Below, piece by piece: positions 17,749-27,353 of a stretch of DNA of 64,000 nucleotides. The translations under genes were made by a program, and so were the position numbers. Numbering within the stretch: the first letter of the stretch is position 1; every line of letters begins with the position of its first letter. The stretch comes from Thiotrichales bacterium (lineage in GTDB: Bacteria; Pseudomonadota; Gammaproteobacteria; Francisellales; CACEW01), in contig CANJUQ010000009.1 of the NCBI GenBank assembly GCA_947478175.1, positions 169-64,168 on the forward strand, written 5' to 3'. The notes under the pieces are model-generated. The model saw only the letters and a list, made by a program, of their open reading frames with translations, had not been told where the DNA came from and did no database searches.

Positions 17749-18234
17749 ATGAGTCATGAGCATAGAGAGCTATATCAGCAAGTTATTATTGATCATGGGA
17801 AACATCCTAAAAATTTTCATGAAATGGCTCAGCCCAGTATTAAACGCGTCGGGCATAACCCATTGTGTGGGGATAAATTAGTTTTATTTATTCAATTAGA
17901 TCCTGAGAAAAATAAGATCTTAGATATTTCTTTTCAGGGTGAAGGCTGTGCGATTTCTATGGCCTCTAGCTCTCTTATGACTGAAGCCGTCAAAGGTCTA
18001 AAAATTGAAGACGCTTTGAAATTATTTACAGGCGTTCATGAGTTAGTGACGGGTGGATCTCAAGGATTATCCGATGAAGGTCTTGAGGAAAAATTAGGAA
18101 AATTGGCTGTTTTGTCAGGGGTGTCGGCTTATCCGGCTCGGGTTAAATGCGCGTCATTAGCTTGGCAAGTTTTAAAAGCAGGGCTTTCAGAAAAAGATAA
18201 AGATCAGATAGATCAAGAGGTACGAACAGAATGA
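17749..18234 (+). CDS. sufU: SUF-system NifU/IscU-like protein (SufU type)
   Basis: Three Cys motifs NPLCGD, GCAIS and KCASLAW. The start is taken at MSHEHRELYQQVI. Confidence 0.8.
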   Translation: MSHEHRELYQQVIIDHGKHPKNFHEMAQPSIKRVGHNPLCGDKLVLFIQLDPEKNKILDISFQGEGCAISMASSSLMTEAVKGLKIEDALKLFTGVHELVTGGSQGLSDEGLEEKLGKLAVLSGVSAYPARVKCASLAWQVLKAGLSEKDKDQIDQEVRTE

Positions 18235-18632
18235 GTGAGATTATTAAATTTAATCCCAATGCACCGGATTTAATTTTGCCAGATTTGATTTTGACAGACA
18301 GTGCGATTAAGCATTTTCAAAAAATGTTAAATCAAACCGCAGGGGCTATTGGCATTCGATTCGATGTGAAGAAAACAGGCTGTTCTGGCTATAGCTATCT
18401 CAGTGAAGTCATGATGGAAAAGCATCCAAGTGATTTACCTATCGAATCAATTAAAAATTTATCGGTCTGGATGACAGAAAAAGCTAGGCCCTTAATTAAT
18501 GGAGTGATGATTGATTATCAAACCCAAGGGTTAGGCCAAAGCAAATTGATTTATACCAACCCGAATGAAACGGCTCGATGTGGCTGTGGCGTGAGTTTCA
18601 GCGTGGATAAAACACCCGGCGAGGCTTTGTAA
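18231..18632 (+). CDS. sufA: A-type Fe-S carrier (HesB/IscA/SufA family)
   Basis: GCSGYSY and the C-terminal CGCGVSF motif. The start overlaps the upstream stop. Confidence 0.8.
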   Translation: MSEIIKFNPNAPDLILPDLILTDSAIKHFQKMLNQTAGAIGIRFDVKKTGCSGYSYLSEVMMEKHPSDLPIESIKNLSVWMTEKARPLINGVMIDYQTQGLGQSKLIYTNPNETARCGCGVSFSVDKTPGEAL

Positions 18633-18634
18633 TT

Positions 18635-19183
18635 ATGAAAATGGGCGATATCACGATTATTAAGCGCGAAGTGACGGGGGTTTTAATTCCCTATGGGTCA
18701 GAAATAGAGCTGATGCCGGGGACAGAAGTTTTAGTTACCCAGGCTTTAGGGGGTAGTTTTACTTTAAACGTCAACGGAAATTTGGTGCGTATTGAAGGCA
18801 AAGATGCAGATGCCATTGGACGTGAGCCAATCAAAAGTCCCGTCGAATTATTTAAGCCGACAGGTGAAGAAGTCAGTGAAGATCTTTTATGGGAACAGCT
18901 GAAAACTTGTTATGACCCAGAAATCCCCGTGAATATTGTGGATCTGGGTTTAATTTATGAATTAGCCAAGACTAAACAATCCGATGGTTCGTATCATATT
19001 GGCATCCAAATGACCCTGACAGCCCCTGGCTGTGGCATGGGCCCAGTGATTGCAGCTGAAGTCGAAAAGAAAATCTTAGAAGTTCCGAATGTCAGTAAAG
19101 TCGATGTGGTTTTAGTGTTTGATCCGGCTTGGAATTCAGAAATGATGACAGATGAAGCAAGGTTAGAATTGGGTTTGTTGTAA
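18635..19183 (+). CDS. sufT: SufT-like Fe-S assembly protein (DUF59 / MIP18 family)
   Basis: 182 aa with the DUF59 core CYDPEIPVNIVDLGLIY and TAPGCGMG. It is the last gene of the suf cluster. Confidence 0.7.
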   Translation: MKMGDITIIKREVTGVLIPYGSEIELMPGTEVLVTQALGGSFTLNVNGNLVRIEGKDADAIGREPIKSPVELFKPTGEEVSEDLLWEQLKTCYDPEIPVNIVDLGLIYELAKTKQSDGSYHIGIQMTLTAPGCGMGPVIAAEVEKKILEVPNVSKVDVVLVFDPAWNSEMMTDEARLELGLL

Positions 19184-19258
19184 CAACTGTAATCTGGTAC
19201 CTTTCGCGCCGTTTTTTTAGCTTTTTTATTTATTATTTTTTTATTTCAGGAGTCACTT

Positions 19259-20326
19259 GTGCCATTTGTAAAAGGGACGGTTCTTGGCGGTTTTTTAGGG
19301 TTTTCTGTCGCAGTGGGTGTGATTGTTTGGGCTTCGGCCATTCATCATTCGCCGGCTCCTATGAGTACAGTGATTGCTCCTGTGAATATCAAAACAGATC
19401 AAGCCACAATGCAGATTATTCCCGATGTTTTAAGCGCTGTGGGTCATATGCGGGCCATGCAATCAGCGAATTTAAACTTTCAAGTTTTGGGTCAAATTAG
19501 CAAAATTTATACTCAAAAAGGCCGGGTCCATCGGGGTGATTTGTTGATGCAACTCGATGATTCAGCGGATCAAGCCCAATTAAGATCTGACCAGGCAACC
19601 CTGCAATTAAATCAGTCGACTTATGATCGATTTTTAAAGCTTTCTCAGATGGGCGATGAGTCCACTCAGATACTCGAAGAGAAAAAAGAAGCGCTTTTAA
19701 CCGCTCAAGCTGTCGTGGATAAAGACACCGCGTTATTAACTCAAAAGCAATTACGAGCGCCATTTGATGGTGTCTTAGGAACGACGGATCTAACGGTCGG
19801 GTCTTACGTCGCGGCAGGAGATCCAGTGATTCAGCTCGTTCAATTAGCGCCCTTAAAAGCCCGATATGCCGTTGCAGCCAGTTTTAAATCTCAAGTTGAA
19901 ATGGGGCAGCCAGTCACTCTGACGACGGAAGATTATCCAAACCAAATATTTAAAGGCATCGTGAGTTATATCGATCCGTCGGTGAATATGCAGTCGGGGA
20001 CTATCTCTATAGATGCAACCATACAGAACCCTGATTTTTTACTGTCTCCCGGGATGTTTGTAGAAGTTGAGCAGGTTTTAAATCCAAACCGTCAGCTTTT
20101 GGTTATTCCAGATATTGCCCTTATGACAGATATTCAAGGGCGGTATGTTTTTATTGTTCAGCCAGATAATCATGTCAAAAAACAATATGTCGATGTCGGG
20201 ATTATTCGTCAGGGATTCGCGTCAATTAATAAAGGGCTGAGTGTTGGAGATGTCGTTGTGACGGCAGGGCAACAGCGGCTTTATGATGGGTATGCTGTGC
20301 ATGTGATTGGGGCGGCAAGTGCATGA
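19259..20326 (+). CDS. RND efflux periplasmic adaptor (membrane fusion protein)
   Basis: 355 aa with a GTG start and an N-terminal anchor helix. It has HlyD/MFP-type coiled-coil, lipoyl and beta-barrel regions (LRAPFDGVLG). Confidence 0.85.
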   Translation: MPFVKGTVLGGFLGFSVAVGVIVWASAIHHSPAPMSTVIAPVNIKTDQATMQIIPDVLSAVGHMRAMQSANLNFQVLGQISKIYTQKGRVHRGDLLMQLDDSADQAQLRSDQATLQLNQSTYDRFLKLSQMGDESTQILEEKKEALLTAQAVVDKDTALLTQKQLRAPFDGVLGTTDLTVGSYVAAGDPVIQLVQLAPLKARYAVAASFKSQVEMGQPVTLTTEDYPNQIFKGIVSYIDPSVNMQSGTISIDATIQNPDFLLSPGMFVEVEQVLNPNRQLLVIPDIALMTDIQGRYVFIVQPDNHVKKQYVDVGIIRQGFASINKGLSVGDVVVTAGQQRLYDGYAVHVIGAASA

Positions 20327-20418
20327 AACTTTAACGAATCAAATTATTGATCATGTCATTAGTGTGATTGATCCGGTGGATTGACACGCCTCCTTGATAT
20401 AGTCACCTGCCACCGATC

Positions 20419-20445
20419 GAGGGCGAATACAAGATTCGCCCCTAC
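20419..20445. repeat. REP singlet (GAGGGCGAAT-ACAAG-ATTCGCCCCTAC)
   Basis: An 8-bp GC-rich stem has the CCCCTAC (GTAGGGG) head. It lies in the 222-bp spacer between the adaptor and pump genes. Confidence 0.65.
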
Positions 20446-20548
20446 ACCCTTATTCTTAGAAGAGCCTGTCACAATCAAATCTTCGGTTGCCTCCCCCCTG
20501 CCTTTTGACTACCTTTAGGCGCTTTTTTTTACCCCGGATTTTTTATTC

Positions 20549-23500
20549 ATGCGTCTTTGCGAAATCTGCATTGAACGGCCTGTCTTTGCGACCGTGCTGT
20601 CATTGGCTTTGTTAATCTTTGGTGTGATTGGTTTAATTAATCTTGAGATTCGTTATTTTCCAAAAGTGGATTATCCCATTGCGTCTGTGTCTGTGAATTA
20701 TTCAGGTGCCAGTCCTAGTTTGATGGAAAACGAAGTGACGGAGCCACTAGAAAATGCATTAATCAATGTTAAAGGCCTGGCTCAAATGAGCTCTCGCAGT
20801 GGTTATAACTCGACCAGTATTAATTTAACTTTTGCTGATGGCACCAACATGATTAAAGCCATGGGCGATGTTCGAGACCAAGTATCTTCCGCTAGAAATT
20901 TACTCCCCAATGATATTGATCCGCCCAATATTTCAGAGGGAGGCGTCGCTTCGCCTGTCTTGAATGTCGGATTTTTAGATCAAGATTTATCGCCTGCGAA
21001 AATTCAGGATTATGTGACCCAAAATATTCAGCCGCTCTTACAAAAATTACCAGGCATGGGGGCAATCTGGCTGTATGGATCTGGGGCTTATGCCATGAGA
21101 ATCTGGCTCAGTCCTGAGAAAATGGCGGCCTTGAATGTGACCGTGACTGATGTCGAGAGCACGCTGGAAAATAATAATATTGATTTCTCTGGGGGTTCTA
21201 TTCAGGGAATGGACAGAAATTATTCTTTCGTGGCGAATACTAAGCTGACAGACGTTGATCAGTTTAAAAATTTAATTATTCGAGATACGGATAATCAAAT
21301 TGTCCGTATGCAAGATGTGGCAAAAATTGAATTGGGATCCAATTCTCTGACGCCTTCTCCCATGAGAACTAATAGCCAGAGTTCTATTGATATGGAAGTT
21401 CGGCCTTTAGACACGGCCAATCCCATCATGGTCGCCAATGAAGCCAAGCTTGTTTTATCTAAATTAAAACTACCTGACGGCATGACCATGAGAATGACTT
21501 ATGACCAGTCGGATTATCTCAAAGCGGCGATCATAGAAGGGGTTAAGACTTTATTGATTGCCATTGGGTTGGTTGTCTTAGTTGTTTTTGTATTTTTGGG
21601 GTCTATCAGAGCGTCGCTTATTCCCGTAGTGACTATTCCTGTTTGTGTGATCTCTGTCTTTGGGGTCATGTTATTAGTGGGTTATTCGATCAATGTCATG
21701 ACTTTATTAGCTGTTATTTTAGCCATTGGCCTGGTGGTCGATGACGCCATCGTCATGCTCGAAAATATTCATAGATATATAGAACAAGGCTTGAGTCCTT
21801 ATGACGCTGCTTTTAAAGGCTCTAAAGAAATTGGATTTTCAATCATTGCGATGACGCTGACCCTTGCGGCTGTTTATGCGCCTGTTGGGTTTATGCAGGG
21901 TTTTAGTGCCAAAGTATTTCAAGAATTTGCGTTTACTCTGGCAGGAGCTGTTTTAATTTCCGGCTTTGTCGCTTTGACGCTCTCTCCAATGATGTGCTCT
22001 CGTGTTTTAAAACCAGCTAAGAAAGCCTCCAAACTAGAACATACGGTGGATCAGTTTTTTGGGAAATTAAATCAAAAATATCGAGAGTCTTTAGGGTTTT
22101 TATTAAACCAGCGTTTTTATGTCATTGGAGTATTAATTTTAATTGGGATCCTGGGGTATTTTATTTATCGCTTAGTCCCCGAAGAATTTATTCCCAAAGA
22201 AGATATTGGGTTTTTCCAAATTAATATTACTTCACCGCCTGGATCAACCATTAGTTACACCGATGGTTTCATGAAAAAATTTGAAAAAATTTATCAGGCC
22301 AATCCCGAGATCGAAAATTATTTGTCTTTTATTAATTCTGGCGATGCCATTAATTTTATTATTACGAAGCCCTGGGAACAACGAAAAGACGAGACGGCTA
22401 AGATTATGGATCAAGTATTAAATCAACTTGATCAGATTCCAGGGGTCTTAGTGAAGGGGCAATTGCCTGACCCTGTTAGCTATGGTGATGGGACGGATGG
22501 GGATGCGATTCAAATTAAAATCATGACACCGAGCCAGAACTATGGAGAGCTCAGTCAGACTGTGGATCAAGTGATTAAGTTACTCAAAAATTACCCCGGT
22601 GTTCGAGGGGTTGATACGGATTTGAAATTTGATAATCAGGTTTACGAAATCGATTTTAAACGCTCAGCGGCGGCGGCTTATGGGGTTTCTTTGCAAGATA
22701 TTGCAGACACCATGAGTATTCTGATGAGCGGAAAACAGATGACTAATATTGAACATAACGGCATGAACTATTACGTCAAAGCCCAGATGCAAATGAGTGA
22801 TCTCAGTACGTTTAGTGCCTTGGGAAGAATTTATGTCCGATCTAGTAATACGGATGCTAATGGCAACCCGGTCATGGTGCCGTTGTCTAATTTGATCAGT
22901 ATCAAGACAGCGGTCAGGCAGAATAATCTTTATCGTTATAACCGCATGGATTCAGCAACTATTACGGCCTCTCAGTCGCCTGGCTATAGCTTGGGAGCCA
23001 TTGTGAGTTATTTAAATAATACCTTGCCGCAAATTATTCCTGCCGATCAGAATTTTACTTATACGGGTTTGATAGATGCTTTTGCGAAATCCAGCGGCGT
23101 GATGACTAATTTATTTTTGCTTTCTATTATTTTTATTTATCTGGTCATGGCCGCACAGTTTGAAAGCTTTGTCGACCCATTCATTATTTTATTGACGGTC
23201 CCGCTGTGTATTGTCGGCGCCATGGGGACGCTTTATCTCATGGGCGGATCTTTGAATCTTTATACCAATATTGGGTTAATTACTTTGGTCGGGTTAATTA
23301 CTAAACATGGGATTTTAATTACTCAGTTTGCGAATCAGAGATTGATTCAAGGCGAAGATTTATTCAGTGCTATTCAGAACGCTGCTGTGATCAGACTTAG
23401 GCCTATCTTAATGACCACATCTGCCATGGTGTTGGGCGCGGTGCCATTAGCCTTGGCGTATGGGCCTGATTCCCATAGTCATTCTCAGATTGGCTGGGTG

Positions 23501-23623
23501 ATTGTGGGTGGAATGTTATTCGGGACATTTTTCTCTTTGGTGGTCGTTCCTGTGGCTTATTTTTATTTAGCGCCGTTGGATCATAAGAAAAAATTATTAT
23601 TACAAAAAAGAAGGGCATCATAG
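20549..23623 (+). CDS. RND efflux transporter permease (AcrB/MexB superfamily)
   Basis: 1024 aa with a 12-TM architecture and two large periplasmic loops. The TM4 motif is AIGLVVDDAIVMLENI. Confidence 0.92.
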   Translation: MRLCEICIERPVFATVLSLALLIFGVIGLINLEIRYFPKVDYPIASVSVNYSGASPSLMENEVTEPLENALINVKGLAQMSSRSGYNSTSINLTFADGTNMIKAMGDVRDQVSSARNLLPNDIDPPNISEGGVASPVLNVGFLDQDLSPAKIQDYVTQNIQPLLQKLPGMGAIWLYGSGAYAMRIWLSPEKMAALNVTVTDVESTLENNNIDFSGGSIQGMDRNYSFVANTKLTDVDQFKNLIIRDTDNQIVRMQDVAKIELGSNSLTPSPMRTNSQSSIDMEVRPLDTANPIMVANEAKLVLSKLKLPDGMTMRMTYDQSDYLKAAIIEGVKTLLIAIGLVVLVVFVFLGSIRASLIPVVTIPVCVISVFGVMLLVGYSINVMTLLAVILAIGLVVDDAIVMLENIHRYIEQGLSPYDAAFKGSKEIGFSIIAMTLTLAAVYAPVGFMQGFSAKVFQEFAFTLAGAVLISGFVALTLSPMMCSRVLKPAKKASKLEHTVDQFFGKLNQKYRESLGFLLNQRFYVIGVLILIGILGYFIYRLVPEEFIPKEDIGFFQINITSPPGSTISYTDGFMKKFEKIYQANPEIENYLSFINSGDAINFIITKPWEQRKDETAKIMDQVLNQLDQIPGVLVKGQLPDPVSYGDGTDGDAIQIKIMTPSQNYGELSQTVDQVIKLLKNYPGVRGVDTDLKFDNQVYEIDFKRSAAAAYGVSLQDIADTMSILMSGKQMTNIEHNGMNYYVKAQMQMSDLSTFSALGRIYVRSSNTDANGNPVMVPLSNLISIKTAVRQNNLYRYNRMDSATITASQSPGYSLGAIVSYLNNTLPQIIPADQNFTYTGLIDAFAKSSGVMTNLFLLSIIFIYLVMAAQFESFVDPFIILLTVPLCIVGAMGTLYLMGGSLNLYTNIGLITLVGLITKHGILITQFANQRLIQGEDLFSAIQNAAVIRLRPILMTTSAMVLGAVPLALAYGPDSHSHSQIGWVIVGGMLFGTFFSLVVVPVAYFYLAPLDHKKKLLLQKRRAS

Positions 23624-23753
23624 GGAGTGGCATGCATGACCCATGCTTGTTTTCCCCCATATTTTTCCATGTTTTTTTTCATGGTAAAACAACCTGACAA
23701 TTGATAGCATCGCGGCCTTTTTAATCTCATAGATTTAGATACAGGGTTTTTTC

Positions 23754-24323
23754 ATGACGACAGCTTCTTCTTTGCCATCTTTTGATTCGGTTCAAATTGC
23801 TTTGAATATGTTCGAATCTCTGGGTGAAGCCGCGCAAACCCATGGTTTGTTATGTGCTTTATTTGCGGGTGGCGTGAAATTACAGAGACAAGCTTGGATG
23901 AACTCTCTCATGACCCAAACGCCTGAAAAATTAGATCCTGAGTTGTCAGAAGCTCAAATGGTCTTAACAGATCTCTTTGTCGTTACCCAAGAAGCTTTTC
24001 AACAAGAAGAGCCTTTTATTGAGCCGCTTTTGCCATTGGATGACATGCCTTTGGTGGTTCGAATTGAAGCGATGGCTGAATTTGCTAAAGGTTTTGTGAT
24101 GGGGTTAAACCTAGTGGGCGTGCCATTAAAAAATAATCCTAGTCCTGTGCTCCAAGAAGCGATCGATGATTTTTTTAATATCTCTTGTTTAGCGCCGCAA
24201 GACGAAGAAGGTGAAGAATCTGAAAAAGCGTTTTTTGAATTAGTAGAATATTTAAAAGTCGCCATGGTGCAGATCCATTGGGAGCTCAAAGAACAGCCTG
24301 GATTAGATACCACTCAGCATTAA
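23754..24323 (+). CDS. ygfB: UPF0149 family protein (YgfB-like)
   Basis: 189 aa. The HGLLCALFAGG motif, acidic C-terminal region and position upstream of ubiH/ubiI match E. coli ygfB. Confidence 0.7.
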   Translation: MTTASSLPSFDSVQIALNMFESLGEAAQTHGLLCALFAGGVKLQRQAWMNSLMTQTPEKLDPELSEAQMVLTDLFVVTQEAFQQEEPFIEPLLPLDDMPLVVRIEAMAEFAKGFVMGLNLVGVPLKNNPSPVLQEAIDDFFNISCLAPQDEEGEESEKAFFELVEYLKVAMVQIHWELKEQPGLDTTQH

Positions 24324-24344
24324 GAAAAAAAGAGAGTTCAGTCG

Positions 24345-25502
24345 ATGACCCTATTACAATCGTTTGATATCACTATTATCGGCGCGGGTTTAGTGGGTCA
24401 AGTGTTGGCGATTGGACTAGATCGACTGGGGTATCAAGTGGCTTTAATCGAATCCAAGAATCTTAAGCCCTTAGAGCCTAATGAAGATCTTCGAGCCATT
24501 GCGCTTTCTTATGGCAGCGTCGAATGCCTGAAATCTTTATCGCTTTGGGCGTGTTTATCTTCTTTTGCGACGCCTATTCACAGGGTCCATGTCAGTGAGC
24601 AGGGCGGGTTTTCTCAATGTCGAATCAAAAAAGAAGATTTAAAATTAAATTATTTAGGTCAGGTTTTAGAGATAACCAATTTACTCAATAATTTTCTTCA
24701 AGAGCTTTTATTGAATACGCGAGTCAAAATTTTTGCGTCTAATAAAACTAAAAATTTTGATTTTGAATCTAAGATTTTTACTTTAGAAAACGGTGAGTTT
24801 TTTAAGACAAGCTGGGTGATTTCAGCCGAAGGAGCGCTCTCAGAGACGGCTCAAAGACTAGAGATTAAAACGCAGCAGAAATTTTTTAATCAGGTGGCAA
24901 TCGTCGGGAATATTTTACTGAGAGAGTCCCACGAGAATTTAGCCTATGAAAGATTTACTCCGGCCGGGCCTTTGGCTTTACTCCCAGTTTCACAAAACAA
25001 AGCGACTTTTATCTGGGCTGTAACACCTGAACAAGCCCAAGAATTGTTAGCCCAAAGTGATTCTGAGTTTTTAAAAAACTTACAAAAAGCCTTTGGGTAT
25101 CGCGCTGGAAAATTCGAGAAATTATTTAAACGCCAGTCGCATGTGTTAACTCAAAGCCAGGCCTCTGAGAATTTTAAAAATGGAATTTTACTAATGGGCA
25201 ATGCAGCCCATTCTTTACATCCCATTGCAGGTCAGGGCTTTAATTTAAGTTTGCGAGATATTCAGGAGTTTTTAAAACAAGTTAAAAATGTTGGATTAAA
25301 AGGGCCAATGGCTTTTGATCAGTATTTAAAAAACAGGGCTCAAGATCAGAAAGAAATCGCTAAATTTTCAGAAAGTTTGGTTCATTTATTTACTCGACCA
25401 GGGTGCTTCCCTAAATTATTTCGGGGGCTGGGCCTACATGTCTTAGAGCGTCAGGCAGGACTTAAAAAATATTTGGCTGAACGTTTGGCGGGCATCCTGT
25501 GA
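24345..25502 (+). CDS. ubiH: FAD-dependent ubiquinone biosynthesis hydroxylase (UbiH-like)
   Basis: GxGxxG N-terminus (ITIIGAGLVG) and the GNAAHSLHPIAGQGFNL motif of the UbiH/UbiF/VisC/COQ6 family. Confidence 0.8.
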   Translation: MTLLQSFDITIIGAGLVGQVLAIGLDRLGYQVALIESKNLKPLEPNEDLRAIALSYGSVECLKSLSLWACLSSFATPIHRVHVSEQGGFSQCRIKKEDLKLNYLGQVLEITNLLNNFLQELLLNTRVKIFASNKTKNFDFESKIFTLENGEFFKTSWVISAEGALSETAQRLEIKTQQKFFNQVAIVGNILLRESHENLAYERFTPAGPLALLPVSQNKATFIWAVTPEQAQELLAQSDSEFLKNLQKAFGYRAGKFEKLFKRQSHVLTQSQASENFKNGILLMGNAAHSLHPIAGQGFNLSLRDIQEFLKQVKNVGLKGPMAFDQYLKNRAQDQKEIAKFSESLVHLFTRPGCFPKLFRGLGLHVLERQAGLKKYLAERLAGIL

Positions 25503-26659
25503 TAAGTAGTTTTATCTCGGATGTTCTCATTGTTGGGGCGGGCCAAAATGGCCTAGCGCTGGCTTGTGGGTTAGCTCAAGAGGGCTTTTCTGTTCAAGTG
25601 ATTGATCGCTATTTAATCAAATTGGTTAGCGCTGAGAATTCTTTGCGGGTCAGTGCATTAACGCCTGGGTCTTTAAAATGGTTAGAAAAACTGGGTATTA
25701 ATTTTAATGATTTTTCTTTTTTTAAATCGATGGAGATTTGGGAGTCTGAGAAAAATTTATCTGACCGGCTGCATTTAGAGGCGAAATCCTCAGAAATTTA
25801 TTTAGGTGCCATTAGTCATAATGATTTATTACAAAGAGCGTTGTATCAGAAAGCCTGTGAGCTAGGTGTGAGTTTTAAAATTGCGAACCCCCTAGAAATA
25901 GAACGGAATTCTTCAAGCATTAAATTAATAACGGATCAGGGTGTTTTTGAATCTGAATTATTAATTGGCGCTGATGGTGCGCAATCTTTTGTGAGAGAGC
26001 TTTCAGGGATTAAAACAGTTTTTAAAAATTATAAACAAAAAGCCATTGTCGCTGTGATTCAAACAGAAAAACCCCATAGCCAGACGGCCTATCAACGATT
26101 TTTACCTGAAGGTCCCTTGGCTTTTTTGCCATTAAAAAATTCTCATCAAAGTTCGATTGTCTGGTCTTGCTCGCATAAAACAGCGGAAAAATTAATGGAA
26201 GAAGATTTGGAAATGTTTGAGAAAAAATTGGCGAGCTCTTTTGACTTGAGATTAGGCCGAGTGAGCTGTCTTTCAGAACGCCAGAGTTTTGATTTGAAAC
26301 ATCATCATGCAGAAAGATATATCAGTGAAAAAATAGTATTAATTGGCGATGCGGCCCATGTGATTCACCCGTTGGCTGGACTGGGTTTGAATCTGGGATT
26401 TAAAGATGGAATGGTTTTAATTAATTATTTAGTCAAAGCCAGAAATCAAAAGAGAGCTTTGGGTTCTTGGCAAATGCTTTCCCACTATGAGCGTGAAAGA
26501 AAACCCCATAATTTAAAAATCAGTTTGGCCATGACGGGGCTTAATGATTTATTTAAAAATGCTTGGCCCGAAGTTTCTTGGGCGAGACAGCAAGGCCTGC
26601 AATGGGTGGAAAAATCAGCCTGGTGGAAGCGGTTTTTTCTGAATGAGATTGAAAGCTAG
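25499..26659 (+). CDS. FAD-dependent ubiquinone biosynthesis hydroxylase (UbiI/VisC or UbiF-like)
   Basis: VLIVGAGQNG and GDAAHVIHPLAGLGLNLG motifs. The GTG start overlaps the ubiH stop. Confidence 0.8.
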   Translation: MISSFISDVLIVGAGQNGLALACGLAQEGFSVQVIDRYLIKLVSAENSLRVSALTPGSLKWLEKLGINFNDFSFFKSMEIWESEKNLSDRLHLEAKSSEIYLGAISHNDLLQRALYQKACELGVSFKIANPLEIERNSSSIKLITDQGVFESELLIGADGAQSFVRELSGIKTVFKNYKQKAIVAVIQTEKPHSQTAYQRFLPEGPLAFLPLKNSHQSSIVWSCSHKTAEKLMEEDLEMFEKKLASSFDLRLGRVSCLSERQSFDLKHHHAERYISEKIVLIGDAAHVIHPLAGLGLNLGFKDGMVLINYLVKARNQKRALGSWQMLSHYERERKPHNLKISLAMTGLNDLFKNAWPEVSWARQQGLQWVEKSAWWKRFFLNEIES

Positions 26660-26900
26660 GTTTATATTTAGAATTAAATTACTGCTTATTTTTCTAATTT
26701 TGACATGATTTCACATAGTTTTTTTCTAAGTTTTTGCAAGCAAACACACTGGTTTTATTGAAAAAAATCTTTCTAAATTCTGTTGTTTTTACCCATTGAT
26801 CTGAATTGAAATTTAGATATGATGGTCCGCGCCAAAGTTGTCGTTAATGTTGAAATACAGCTGGTTAACTGACTCGACACAGTCGGTTAATTCGGTCTAA

Positions 26901-26942
26901 CAAGAAGCTTAGGTTTAAAAATCTTAAGTCTTGTTTTTTTTT
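26901..26942 (+). terminator. terminator-like hairpin with a T9 run in the leader of the small HTH gene
   Basis: CAAGA..CTTA / TAAG.TCTTG stem (26901-26933) followed by T9 (26934-26942), 41 nt before ATG 26984. An additional 10-bp hairpin lies at 26865-26890. Confidence 0.4.
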
Positions 26943-26983
26943 CGACGCCTTGGTTGTCTTTGTAGTCAATAAGGAGGGAACAT

Positions 26984-27298
26984 ATGACTGCTATGACCGT
27001 AGAACAACGGATTGTCAGTAAGTACGATCGTTCAGTTTCGGAGCTACTTCAGCACTATGCCAATGAAGGTAAAACTTCTAAGCAAGTCGCCGATATTTTA
27101 GAATGTGGTGTGAGTAACGTTCGTCGAATTGCTCGCAAATATCACATTCGATTCAATCAACCCATGCAACAGTCTCAGCTACTGCAAAATCAGCAGTTTC
27201 TTGAAGCTAAAATTAATAAAATTAATGTCCTTTCTCGCCCTTGGGGGGTTCGGACAGGTATGCGTGTGAGAGCACTAGAGTATGACTTCGTGGAATGA
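26984..27298 (+). CDS. small helix-turn-helix protein, function unknown
   Basis: 104 aa with a strong RBS (AAGGAGGG) and an HTH-like segment TSKQVADILECGVSNVRRIARKY. It is bracketed by hairpin/terminator structures and is more G+C-rich than its neighbours. Confidence 0.55.
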   Translation: MTAMTVEQRIVSKYDRSVSELLQHYANEGKTSKQVADILECGVSNVRRIARKYHIRFNQPMQQSQLLQNQQFLEAKINKINVLSRPWGVRTGMRVRALEYDFVE

Positions 27299-27324
27299 TT
27301 GATCCCACAAAGTTCTTTTGTTAG

Positions 27325-27353
27325 CCTTGCCGCTCTTCACGGCAGGGCTTTTT
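27325..27353 (+). terminator. intrinsic terminator after the small HTH gene
   Basis: An 8-bp stem CCTTGCCG / CGGCAGGG (one G-U pair) has a 7-nt loop and is followed by CTTTTT. Confidence 0.65.
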
